Assembly (NCBI GenBank): GCA_038065615.1
Contig: JBBTQQ010000008.1
Span: 10,658-74,657 of the forward strand
DNA length: 64,000 nucleotides
From: Patescibacteria group bacterium
Lineage (GTDB): Bacteria > Patescibacteriota > Doudnabacteria > UBA920 > VMFF01
Direction: 5' to 3'
Shown: piece by piece, positions 46,523 through 56,974 of the stretch
How positions within the stretch are numbered: position 1 is the stretch's first letter
Layout: every line of letters starts with the position of its first letter
The notes under the pieces: model-generated
Database searches by the model: none
What the model was told of the DNA's origin: nothing
The model's input: only the letters and a program-made list of their open reading frames with translations
Program-made: the position numbers and the translations under genes

Positions 46523-47206
46523 TTATATCTTTACTTTAATACCAGGTCCCATTGATGCGTTAACAACAATGTTTGTAATGAATACTTTCTTAACAGTGCT
46601 TGGCTTAGAAGCATTCAACGCGTCAATGAAAGTTTTTAAGTTAGTAACTAACTTCTCTGAATCAAAATCAGTCTTTCCAATTATCTGGTGAACATTTCCT
46701 GAATCATCATTTTTGAAGTCAATCTTTCCCGCATTGATTTCTTTAATGATCCCTGCGATGTTTTCTGTAACTGTTCCTGTCTTTGGATTAGGCATTAAAC
46801 CACGTTGACCCAAGATCTTTGCAATAGGGGCCATTAATTTCATCATAGCGGGCTCTGCAACTGCCATATCAAAGTCTGTTTTTTCTGTTTCCTTGATTTT
46901 CTTGATTAAATCAGCACCACCAACCAAGATTGCGCCTGCTTCTTTTGCTTCTTTTTCTTTAATCTCAGTTACAAAAGCAACAACGCGTTTTGTCTTACCA
47001 GTACCAAAAGGAAGAGAAATTGAACCTCTTACACCTTGGTCTGTTTTCTTAGGATCAATACCCAATCTTACGTGTACTTCAACAGTGCCTTTAAACTTTG
47101 TGTTTGCTGTTTGCTTTACTAGTTCGATAGCTTCAGTAGCAGAATACACTTTTGTGCGGTCTACCTTTAATATATTCGCCTTTTGGCGTTTAGAAATATT
47201 TGCCAT
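46523..47206 (-). CDS. rplA: 50S ribosomal protein L1
   Basis: 'LGIDPKK.DQ.VRG', 'RGLMPNPKTGTVT', 'MGPG'. Confidence 0.98.
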   Translation of the reverse strand: MANISKRQKANILKVDRTKVYSATEAIELVKQTANTKFKGTVEVHVRLGIDPKKTDQGVRGSISLPFGTGKTKRVVAFVTEIKEKEAKEAGAILVGGADLIKKIKETEKTDFDMAVAEPAMMKLMAPIAKILGQRGLMPNPKTGTVTENIAGIIKEINAGKIDFKNDDSGNVHQIIGKTDFDSEKLVTNLKTFIDALNASKPSTVKKVFITNIVVNASMGPGIKVKI

Positions 47207-47224
47207 ACTCGTCCTTTCGACTTA

Positions 47225-47253
47225 GTGGTTTACGCGAAATGTTTCGCTCCCAC
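47225..47253 (-). promoter_or_regulatory. L1-binding autoregulatory mRNA leader
   Basis: GTGGGAG-CGAAACATTTCG-CGTAAACCAC, matching the known L1 operator form (GGGAG...UAAAC in GUGG/CCAC stem), 18 nt before rplA ATG. Confidence 0.8.
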
Positions 47254-47271
47254 GAATTAATTAATATATGT

Positions 47272-47622
47272 TTAAGCTTCTTTTCTAGCTAGTTTCCAGT
47301 GATAATAGAAGACTGGCACGCCAACTATGATCATTGCAAGAGATTGAGCTATGTCTCTCTTTCTCTGTTGTTGCTGATTCTTCTTTTCAGCTTCCTGTTG
47401 CTTTGCCTGATAGTTAGAATCACACTCGGTTGGTTTTACCGCAGCGCCTCTTTCAGCAGGTATTGCTTCACAATTTACAGACATCATTGGGTATGCATAG
47501 TATTCTTCAGCATTTAAAAGAATCTTCAAACCCATGTTCAGCAAGGTTATTGCCCCAACCATTATTATGATTAAGGAAACCAAAGACACAACGTAGAGAT
47601 ATGCTTTCTTTATCCAAGTCAT
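47272..47622 (-). CDS. Two-TM membrane protein (DUF5671-like)
   Basis: 'KKAYLYVVSLVSL' and 'LAMIIVGVPVFYYHW'. Confidence 0.7.
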   Translation of the reverse strand: MTWIKKAYLYVVSLVSLIIIMVGAITLLNMGLKILLNAEEYYAYPMMSVNCEAIPAERGAAVKPTECDSNYQAKQQEAEKKNQQQQRKRDIAQSLAMIIVGVPVFYYHWKLARKEA

Positions 47623-47652
47623 ATATTTTTGTTTAATTGTTTAATTAAAACT

Positions 47653-48078
47653 TTAATCTACAACTTCAACACCCATAGAACGGGCTGTGCCTGCAACAAT
47701 CTTTTCTGCTGCCTCTAAATCATTTGCATTTAGATCAGGCATTTTCTTTTCCGCTATTTCACGAATCTTAGCTCTTGTGATCTTACCAACCTTGTTTTTC
47801 AAAGGATTCGCAGAACCTTTCTCTAATCCTATTGCTTTCCTAATTAAAACAGAAGCAGGAGGAGTTTTTAAAATGAAAGTAAAAGAACGATCTTCATAAA
47901 TGGTAACTTCAGCTGGAATGATTAAATCTCCCATTGGAGCTGTTTTCTCATTAAACTGCTTGGTAAACTCACCGATATTAATACCGTGGGGACCAAGCGC
48001 AGTACCAACTGGTGGTGCTGGGGTTGCTTTTCCAGCTACAAGTTGGAGTTTTACCATTGTCTTTATCTTCTTTGCCAT
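47653..48078 (-). CDS. rplK: 50S ribosomal protein L11
   Basis: '[15 protein letters not shown]', 'GTARSMG'; ATG at 48078. Confidence 0.98.
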   Translation of the reverse strand: MAKKIKTMVKLQLVAGKATPAPPVGTALGPHGINIGEFTKQFNEKTAPMGDLIIPAEVTIYEDRSFTFILKTPPASVLIRKAIGLEKGSANPLKNKVGKITRAKIREIAEKKMPDLNANDLEAAEKIVAGTARSMGVEVVD

Positions 48079-48167
48079 TCTTCTTTGTGGTAACAGTTTT
48101 TTAAGCTGCGAGACGGTTATTTCGCCAACCACCCTTTCTTTGCCAGTAAACTGGCTTAATTAGTATA

Positions 48168-48713
48168 TTATATCTTCTTTACCTGAAGGAAATCCAGTTC
48201 AACAGGAGTTTCTCTACCAAAAATTGAAACCAAGACTTTGACCTTGCCTTTAGCTTCATCTACTTCAGCAACCTTGCCTTCGTAGTCCTTGAATGGACCA
48301 TCCATCATTCTAACTAAATCACCAACAACAAAATCAACCTTAAACTTTGGTTCTTCAACACCCATGCGTTTCTGTAAGGACTTAATCTCATCATCTGAGA
48401 TTGGTGTTGGAATTGTTCCGCTTCCCACGAATCCTGTTACGTTAGGTGTATTTCTAACAACATACCAAGAATCATCTGTAACAATCATTTCAACAAGAAC
48501 ATAACCTGGGAAAATCTTTTCCTCAACAGTTGTTCTTCTTCCATCTTTAATCTTGATCTTCTTTTCTTTTGGAACTATTACGTCAAAGATCTTGTCTTCC
48601 ATTCCCATTGATTCAATACGTTGTTTCAAATTGAAAGCAACGCTATCTTCATAACCGGAATATGTATGTAAAACGTACCAATGTTTTTCGCCTGTAACTT
48701 GTTGTCGTGACAT
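48168..48713 (-). CDS. nusG: Transcription termination/antitermination factor NusG
   Basis: 'WYVLHTYSGYE', 'FPGYVLV', KOW 'GPFKDY.G.V', 'FGRETPVEL'. Confidence 0.98.
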   Translation of the reverse strand: MSRQQVTGEKHWYVLHTYSGYEDSVAFNLKQRIESMGMEDKIFDVIVPKEKKIKIKDGRRTTVEEKIFPGYVLVEMIVTDDSWYVVRNTPNVTGFVGSGTIPTPISDDEIKSLQKRMGVEEPKFKVDFVVGDLVRMMDGPFKDYEGKVAEVDEAKGKVKVLVSIFGRETPVELDFLQVKKI

Positions 48714-48717
48714 ATCT

Positions 48718-49263
48718 CTAAAACAAAACTATTAATGCTAGAACTATTATTAAAATTTCAATGAAACCACTCAAACCCATATACCCATTTAACACGACCC
48801 AAAACCAATATTTCCAGAAGCTTTCACTTTGTCTGTATTTAAACTCATACTTTCTCTTGTAGAAAGGTTTGGAAAAAGGAAAAAATCTCTTAGTTGCTGG
48901 CCAAAGCCACATAATCCCCCGCTCAGAATCAAGAATTAGGTGAGACCATGCGCTTAACCAAACAACTAAACCAAAAACTTTTCCAAAATCAGTGCTTGCA
49001 GCAAAGAAGATTATCAATCCAGTAACCAACCAAAAAATTGGCGTGTGGGTAAACAACTTTCTATGATTTACTGCCTCGCTATCTATCCTTAACCTCTTTG
49101 TCTTTGCAAAAGCAAAGAAAAAATCTAGATCAGGAAGAAAACCAATAATTGCGCCGATCAGTGAAAGTTCATTTACCTGGGTTGCAGTTAAATTGTAATG
49201 TAAGGAGCTGGTCAGGATTTTTGCAGTTAAATACCCTGCTGCAATGTGCCCTGGAGGTAACAT
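48718..49263 (-). CDS. YdjM/YbcI-like membrane metal-dependent hydrolase
   Basis: 'GH', 'LPDLD', 'HRKLFTH', 'SHLILD'. Confidence 0.82.
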   Translation of the reverse strand: MLPPGHIAAGYLTAKILTSSLHYNLTATQVNELSLIGAIIGFLPDLDFFFAFAKTKRLRIDSEAVNHRKLFTHTPIFWLVTGLIIFFAASTDFGKVFGLVVWLSAWSHLILDSERGIMWLWPATKRFFPFSKPFYKRKYEFKYRQSESFWKYWFWVVLNGYMGLSGFIEILIIVLALIVLF

Positions 49264-49268
49264 ACAGA

Positions 49269-49454
49269 CTATCTTTCAATGAGCTTTTCCAAGCCCTTTA
49301 TCAAACCATAGTCAGCTGCAGCCAAAACCACTGAGACTAAAACTGAGAATAGAATGACAACGCCTGTATATCTAAGGGTTTGCTGTTTGGTTGGCCAAAC
49401 AACTTTGCTTAGCTCGCTTTTAACCTCTGAGAAAAATTGTATTACTTTTATCAT
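49269..49454 (-). CDS. secE: Protein translocase subunit SecE
   Basis: 'EVKSELSKVVWPT' + one TM. Confidence 0.95.
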   Translation of the reverse strand: MIKVIQFFSEVKSELSKVVWPTKQQTLRYTGVVILFSVLVSVVLAAADYGLIKGLEKLIER

Positions 49455-49471
49455 ATTTTTTGAGCTTTTTT

Positions 49472-49491
49472 AAAAGGCCTTCGGGCCTTTT
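49472..49491. terminator. UUCG/CGAA hairpin between gyrB and secE
   Basis: AAAAGGCC-TTCG-GGCCTTTT. Confidence 0.55.
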
Positions 49492-49545
49492 GATATTTCG
49501 ATTATATCATAAAGGCCTTGAATTATGCAAATCAAGGCCAGAACA

Positions 49546-51600
<2,055 letters not shown>

Positions 51601-51603
51601 TTA

Positions 51604-53991
51604 CTACCGTATTTCAGCTCCTAATTTAGTCTTTAACTCTACCTTTATTTTATCATAAATCGGCATAATTTCCGAGTCCTTTAAAGTCCTGTCTTTTGCC
51701 TGAAAAACAAGGTGAAAAGCAAGGTTTTTAACCCCCTTTAAACCCAGCTCTTTATGGAACCTAGGTAATGATCCTTTGGCATACAAATATTCAGCCTCAA
51801 AAACCTCAACTGACTTTAACAAATCACTACCATTTTTCCACACCAAGCTTTCAATCTCTAACCACTTAACACCATCTTTAACAACTAAAGAAATATCTAA
51901 CACCTTGGAAGGTAACTTGCTGTAAGGAACCATTTTCTTTTGAGTCTTAGAAGCAAGCAAAGGGCGCAAATCCAAAGTTACATAGACTAAATCACCCGTA
52001 GCATCAAAGTTATTCATCGCCAATCTATTCACCAACCCAAAGTTACCAAGTTCTTTACCTAACAAACTAATTAAAGAGTGTTCTGTATTTTCTTGTTTGT
52101 ATTCAACTTTGTGATTTGTATATTCAGAAACCAATGCTTCCAAAACACCTTTTGCTTCAGAAAGCAATCCCTGAGCAGTTTTTTCTTTGTTAAAGATTAC
52201 AAAGGTAACTAAATCTCTTTCGTCCCCAAAAGCATAGTATGCTTTACCAATTTCAAAGAGCTTGAAAGCATCAAAGTTTTTGCTATTCAACGAAACATTC
52301 TTTAACAAATGAATTAAAAGATTTCGTTTTAGGTAGCCTTGATCTCCGCTTAGTGGATTTTTAATCTTTAAATGGTCTGTAACCTTAGACTTACCAAAGC
52401 CTGAGATGTCTTTTTCTGAAATGAAAGAATAGTTCTGGACTTCAATAAAACCAAGATCAGACATTTTTTCTTTGAAATCATTAAAAGATTTATCAGCATC
52501 AACCTGACTTGTTAATTTCTGAACACTTAGTGGTTTCTTTGAAAGTTCATTTAAACCAACTGTCTTTAATATTTCATCAGCTATATCCGCATAGTTAACC
52601 ATGTCCTGTCTGTACCAAGGAATTTCTTTGTCTAAGTTTAATCTTGTTAAAACCTTTTGTATTTCTCCATCAGTAAATTCAGAGCCCAACAAGCCGTTAA
52701 TTTGTTCGATTTCAAACTTAATCTTTCTATTCTCTCTTTCAACGTCCCCCACTTCAGCATATGACAAAATTTCTGCTTGAGCATGTTCTTTTAACAAATC
52801 AATTGCTCTAGCAACTGCAATTTTAGCTTGATATGGATGTAATCCCTTTTCCCAGAATCCAGAGCTGTCACTTCTCAAACCAAGCTTCTTAGAAGTCTTT
52901 CGAATCTGACTTGGCTCAAAGTTTGCAGCTTCTAGTATAATCTCGGTTGTATTTTCATTAACCTCTGAATCAAAACCTCCCATAACCCCCGCTATTGCCA
53001 ATGCTTTTTCCTTGTCAGCAATTACTAACATTGAATCATCTAAAGCGTGCTCTCTATGGTCAATGGTTGTTAAAACTTCACCATTTTTTGCATTTCTAAC
53101 AAGAATACCACCTGAAACCCTGTTTGCATCAAAAGCATGCATTGGCTCACCCATTTCATACATAACATAGTTTGTAATATCAACCACATTGTTTATGGAC
53201 CTTAATCCCAAACCTTGAAGTCTTTTCTTTAATGCAATGGGGGAAGCCCCAACTTTAACTTTTAACTTTGCTCCAATATATACAGGGCAAGCTTTTTTCT
53301 CTTTGATGCTTACATCTAATTTTGGAACACCTTTGTGATCAAAAGACAATTCTTGAATCTCTTTAATCCAATTCTTTGTCTTTATGCCCAATATCCCTGA
53401 AATTTCTCTAGCAATCCCTAAATGAGAATACAAATCAGGTCTGTTTGCTGGTAAAGAAACATCAAACACAGCACCAGCTTCTTTTGCTTGTGCTTTCAAA
53501 TGCTTAGCTAAATCCTCTCCCAACCTTATTCCTTTTTCTAGTATTAAAATCTCTGGTTTTTCTTCAGGCTTTTCACTTAAACCAAGCTCAAAAGAAGAAC
53601 AAATCATTCCCTGTGATTCAACACCGCGAATTACTGCTTTTTCAAGAGTAAAGGACTCATGTTCTCCTGAATGAATGTTTTGAGGAATAACTGCGCCAGG
53701 AAGAGCAAGAGCAATTAAATCCCCCACCTCAAAGTTATTTGCTCCACAAACAATAGGTTCAATGACTTTGTTTCCAACATCTAGCTTAACAACTCTTAAA
53801 CGATCTGCATTTGGATGCTTTTCATAATGTAATACCTTAGCAACAATTACATTTGAAAAAGCGTAATTCTGTTCTCCTCCCAAAACCTTTTCAACTTCAA
53901 AACAATGCTCACAGATTTGCTGAGCCAGTTGCTGTGGATTCTGCTTTTGTATTTCTAGGAAATCTTCTAGCCAGTTTAAGGAAATCTTCAT
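51604..53991 (-). CDS. pheT: Phenylalanine--tRNA ligase beta subunit
   Basis: 'HPNADRL', 'IVCGA.N', 'RGVESQGMICS', 'NRPD', 'INNVVDITNYVM', FDX-ACB C-terminus. Confidence 0.96.
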   Translation of the reverse strand: MKISLNWLEDFLEIQKQNPQQLAQQICEHCFEVEKVLGGEQNYAFSNVIVAKVLHYEKHPNADRLRVVKLDVGNKVIEPIVCGANNFEVGDLIALALPGAVIPQNIHSGEHESFTLEKAVIRGVESQGMICSSFELGLSEKPEEKPEILILEKGIRLGEDLAKHLKAQAKEAGAVFDVSLPANRPDLYSHLGIAREISGILGIKTKNWIKEIQELSFDHKGVPKLDVSIKEKKACPVYIGAKLKVKVGASPIALKKRLQGLGLRSINNVVDITNYVMYEMGEPMHAFDANRVSGGILVRNAKNGEVLTTIDHREHALDDSMLVIADKEKALAIAGVMGGFDSEVNENTTEIILEAANFEPSQIRKTSKKLGLRSDSSGFWEKGLHPYQAKIAVARAIDLLKEHAQAEILSYAEVGDVERENRKIKFEIEQINGLLGSEFTDGEIQKVLTRLNLDKEIPWYRQDMVNYADIADEILKTVGLNELSKKPLSVQKLTSQVDADKSFNDFKEKMSDLGFIEVQNYSFISEKDISGFGKSKVTDHLKIKNPLSGDQGYLKRNLLIHLLKNVSLNSKNFDAFKLFEIGKAYYAFGDERDLVTFVIFNKEKTAQGLLSEAKGVLEALVSEYTNHKVEYKQENTEHSLISLLGKELGNFGLVNRLAMNNFDATGDLVYVTLDLRPLLASKTQKKMVPYSKLPSKVLDISLVVKDGVKWLEIESLVWKNGSDLLKSVEVFEAEYLYAKGSLPRFHKELGLKGVKNLAFHLVFQAKDRTLKDSEIMPIYDKIKVELKTKLGAEIR

Positions 53992-54000
53992 AATTATTCT

Positions 54001-55515
54001 TTAGTAATATTCACACGAAGTTGCAGTACAAACATAACCCTTTTTACCAGTTGGTGGATTTTCTAAAGTTGTCTGGAGAGCAAAATCAGTTGAATCAGTT
54101 GAGATTGAATACTCGTAGTCTTTTTTTGTTAATGGATCTGTTGGGATTACAGTGATGTAATCAGGAGCTATTGCTTTTTTCCAGTTTGCTTGAGATGGGA
54201 ACAGATGCACATCAGGAGAAGAAGGGCTTGTATTTTCATTAGCATATAACTCTAAAGCACCTGCGATTGAATCTAGGTCTGCTTTTCTTTGAGTGTCTCT
54301 TTGAATAATCATTTCAGCGTTGCTAGCAACCTGTGCCTCTTTTTCACTTATAGTAATTAATTGATTCTGTGTTTCTGAAAAATATGTAAGCTTAAAATCA
54401 ACCCCTTTATTAACAGAGGCGTATCCATAGACATATGGAGCTACATTTGTTGGATCTGTTGTGTTTATAGCTTTGCCAGTTAACAAAGGTTTGATGCTTT
54501 TTAACATGTCTCCAAAAACATTTGTATCAGGATACTTTGAATTTGCCTGCTTGTATTTTAATAGCGCGAAAGAAAGTTGTTTAATGGTGTCTGATCTCTG
54601 GGTATCACGATCAAGCGCTCCTGGTTTAAGACTGGGATTTTGGCTTGAAGAGCCAGGGGTCTGAGCGTAGTTTGTATAAAAGTCGACAACTGTTTGACCA
54701 ACTGTTGCGATTGTTGGACTATGCAAACCATAAGTTACAATATTTTTTGCGATTGTTGTTAACTCTAAATCATTAAACGCTCTTTTTTGTTTTGCATTCC
54801 AATGGGCTCTAACTTCAGCAGCATCTAGATATTTTGGATCACCTGATGTATTACCGTTTACTGGATCTAACGCAAACAAATGCACTTCATCACCATCAGC
54901 TATTCCATCAGCATCGCTGTCCCCGTTATTTGGGTCTGTTTGAAAAGTATACTCATCAAGGTTAATTAAACCATCATGATCAGGGTCTGCAACATCTCCG
55001 CAATTGTCTAGGTTAGCACAAACTGAGGCACCAAAATATTTCAATCTCCAACCATCAGGAATTTGAGTTGAAACAACTTCTTTTGGTGTTTGAACAACTG
55101 GTGTCTGAACTTGTGTGGTATTTGTTGTGTCCTTTGATTTAAAAACAAGGAACAAAACAAGCGCGATGATTAACAACAAAGCAGCGCCTGATGCGTACAT
55201 CAAAGGTTTAGTCATATGAAAACTTCTCTTCTCTGGAATATCAGAAAGCAATGTTGGATTTGGTGCTTGTGCTGACATTGGTTTTATCTCAGAAGAAAAA
55301 GGCACTGGTCCTGGTACTGGCGATTTTGGAGGTTCAGGCATAACAGTCTTTGGTGCTGGCATTGGTTGCATTGAAGCTGGAACTTCTTTTGCCAATGGAG
55401 TTGGTACAGACATTGGCTGAGAGCCAGGTCTTGGCATTGTTCTGTAAATCAAATCATCCAGGTTTTGTCCTGGTTGTGGAGTTTGTGGTGTTGTTGGTTG
55501 TTGTATTGGATCCAT
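54001..55515 (-). CDS. Membrane-anchored surface protein: Pro-rich N-terminus, TM, DxDxDG Ca-binding repeats, two pilin/pseudopilin-like domains
   Basis: 'DPDHDGL', 'DSDADGIADGDE'; two 'RDTQR..D...AL..Y....YP/FP...DP' units. Confidence 0.7.
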   Translation of the reverse strand: MDPIQQPTTPQTPQPGQNLDDLIYRTMPRPGSQPMSVPTPLAKEVPASMQPMPAPKTVMPEPPKSPVPGPVPFSSEIKPMSAQAPNPTLLSDIPEKRSFHMTKPLMYASGAALLLIIALVLFLVFKSKDTTNTTQVQTPVVQTPKEVVSTQIPDGWRLKYFGASVCANLDNCGDVADPDHDGLINLDEYTFQTDPNNGDSDADGIADGDEVHLFALDPVNGNTSGDPKYLDAAEVRAHWNAKQKRAFNDLELTTIAKNIVTYGLHSPTIATVGQTVVDFYTNYAQTPGSSSQNPSLKPGALDRDTQRSDTIKQLSFALLKYKQANSKYPDTNVFGDMLKSIKPLLTGKAINTTDPTNVAPYVYGYASVNKGVDFKLTYFSETQNQLITISEKEAQVASNAEMIIQRDTQRKADLDSIAGALELYANENTSPSSPDVHLFPSQANWKKAIAPDYITVIPTDPLTKKDYEYSISTDSTDFALQTTLENPPTGKKGYVCTATSCEYY

Positions 55516-55531
55516 ATTTTTGTTTTTTAAT

Positions 55532-56563
55532 TTAAAATTGTTTTAAAAATCTCAAGTCATTTTCAGCAAACAAACGAATATCTGAAATACCATATTTCAT
55601 CATTGCAAGACGACTTAATCCAAAACCAAAAGCAAAGCCTTGGTACTCGCCTTGCTTGTATCCTGCATATTCAAAGACTTTCTGGTGAATCATTCCACAA
55701 CCAAGTATTTCAACCCAACCAGTTTGTTTGCAAACAGAACAACCTTTTCCTTTACAGATTAAACAAGATATTGCCATCTCAGCTCCTGGCTCAACGAAAG
55801 GAAAATATGAAGGGAGAAGCTTGGTATTAACATCTTGTCCAAAAATTTCTTTCATAACATAATCAAGAGTCCATGCCATATTTGCATATGTAATGTCTTT
55901 TCCAACAACAAAACCTTCCATGTACTGATATGTGTGCTCATGTGATGCATCAAGCGCCTCGTTTCTAAAGACTCTGCCTGGTAAAACAACAGCATATGGT
56001 GGTTTATGTTCTTTCATGTAACGAACCTGCATGTTTGAGATATGGGTTCTTAACAAGACGTGTTTTCCTGGCTGATTTTTAGGTAAGGCTAGATCGAGAT
56101 AGAAGGTATCTTGCATGTCTCTTGCAGGATGAAACTCAGGAATATTTAAAGCTTCAAAGTTGTAGAAATCAGAGTCAATTTCCGGTCCTAACTCTATATC
56201 AAAACCAAGACCCCAGAAAACCTTCTCAATTTCTTTTTGAATTAAAGTAATTGGATGTAAGTTCCCGCTTAAAACCTTTTCTCCTTGAACTGAAAAATCA
56301 ACAGAAGTGTTTTGAGAAACACCAAACTCTGTTTCTTTTTCAAGAACAGATGCTTCTGCAAACTTTTTAAGTTCATTTAAAGGTGCTCCAAACTCTTTTT
56401 TCTTTTCTAGATCCCAATTCTTTAAATCATCAAAAAGCTTGGTAATCATCCCTTCTTTTCTACCAAGGTATTTAATCTTAACTTTCAAAAGAGATTCAGC
56501 ATCTGAAACAGTGCTTAAATCTTTTGATATTTCTTTTTTTATGTTTTCAAATTGCTGTAACAT
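55532..56563 (-). CDS. pheS: Phenylalanine--tRNA ligase alpha subunit
   Basis: 'HPARDMQDTFY', 'LLRTH', 'YFPFVEP', 'GFAFGFG'. Confidence 0.97.
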   Translation of the reverse strand: MLQQFENIKKEISKDLSTVSDAESLLKVKIKYLGRKEGMITKLFDDLKNWDLEKKKEFGAPLNELKKFAEASVLEKETEFGVSQNTSVDFSVQGEKVLSGNLHPITLIQKEIEKVFWGLGFDIELGPEIDSDFYNFEALNIPEFHPARDMQDTFYLDLALPKNQPGKHVLLRTHISNMQVRYMKEHKPPYAVVLPGRVFRNEALDASHEHTYQYMEGFVVGKDITYANMAWTLDYVMKEIFGQDVNTKLLPSYFPFVEPGAEMAISCLICKGKGCSVCKQTGWVEILGCGMIHQKVFEYAGYKQGEYQGFAFGFGLSRLAMMKYGISDIRLFAENDLRFLKQF

Positions 56564-56569
56564 TTGTTT

Positions 56570-56941
56570 CTAATTAGAAAGGAAGAATCCTTCAATAAAG
56601 ACGAGGGTGATGATTAAAACTAAGCCTAGCCACCAAAACAATAACTGATGAGAAGAAAGAACAAGGAATACGATAATCAAAAGGGTTAACAGGAAAGCTT
56701 GCCTTAAAGAAACATTCATTATCTCCGTATACAAGCGTTCTGGCTTTCTTCCTCTGTATGAATACAAAGCAAATGTGAAAAAACTTATTAAGAAAGCTGA
56801 AAAAGAAACATAGAACAGGAAAAGCAGTGCCTTGTTAATAGTATTAGGATCTGTAAGAAATACTATGCACAAAGTGCCAATTAAAAAAATGGCGCTTAAA
56901 ATTAACAAGGATTGCGATTGTTTTTTTGTATTTTCGAACAT
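56570..56941 (-). CDS. Four-TM membrane protein
   Basis: Hydrophobic 123-aa ORF with 'SLRQA' motif. Confidence 0.7.
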   Translation of the reverse strand: MFENTKKQSQSLLILSAIFLIGTLCIVFLTDPNTINKALLFLFYVSFSAFLISFFTFALYSYRGRKPERLYTEIMNVSLRQAFLLTLLIIVFLVLSSHQLLFWWLGLVLIITLVFIEGFFLSN

Positions 56942-56974
56942 TTAACCTTCCCAAATTATACCATAATTCCTCTG

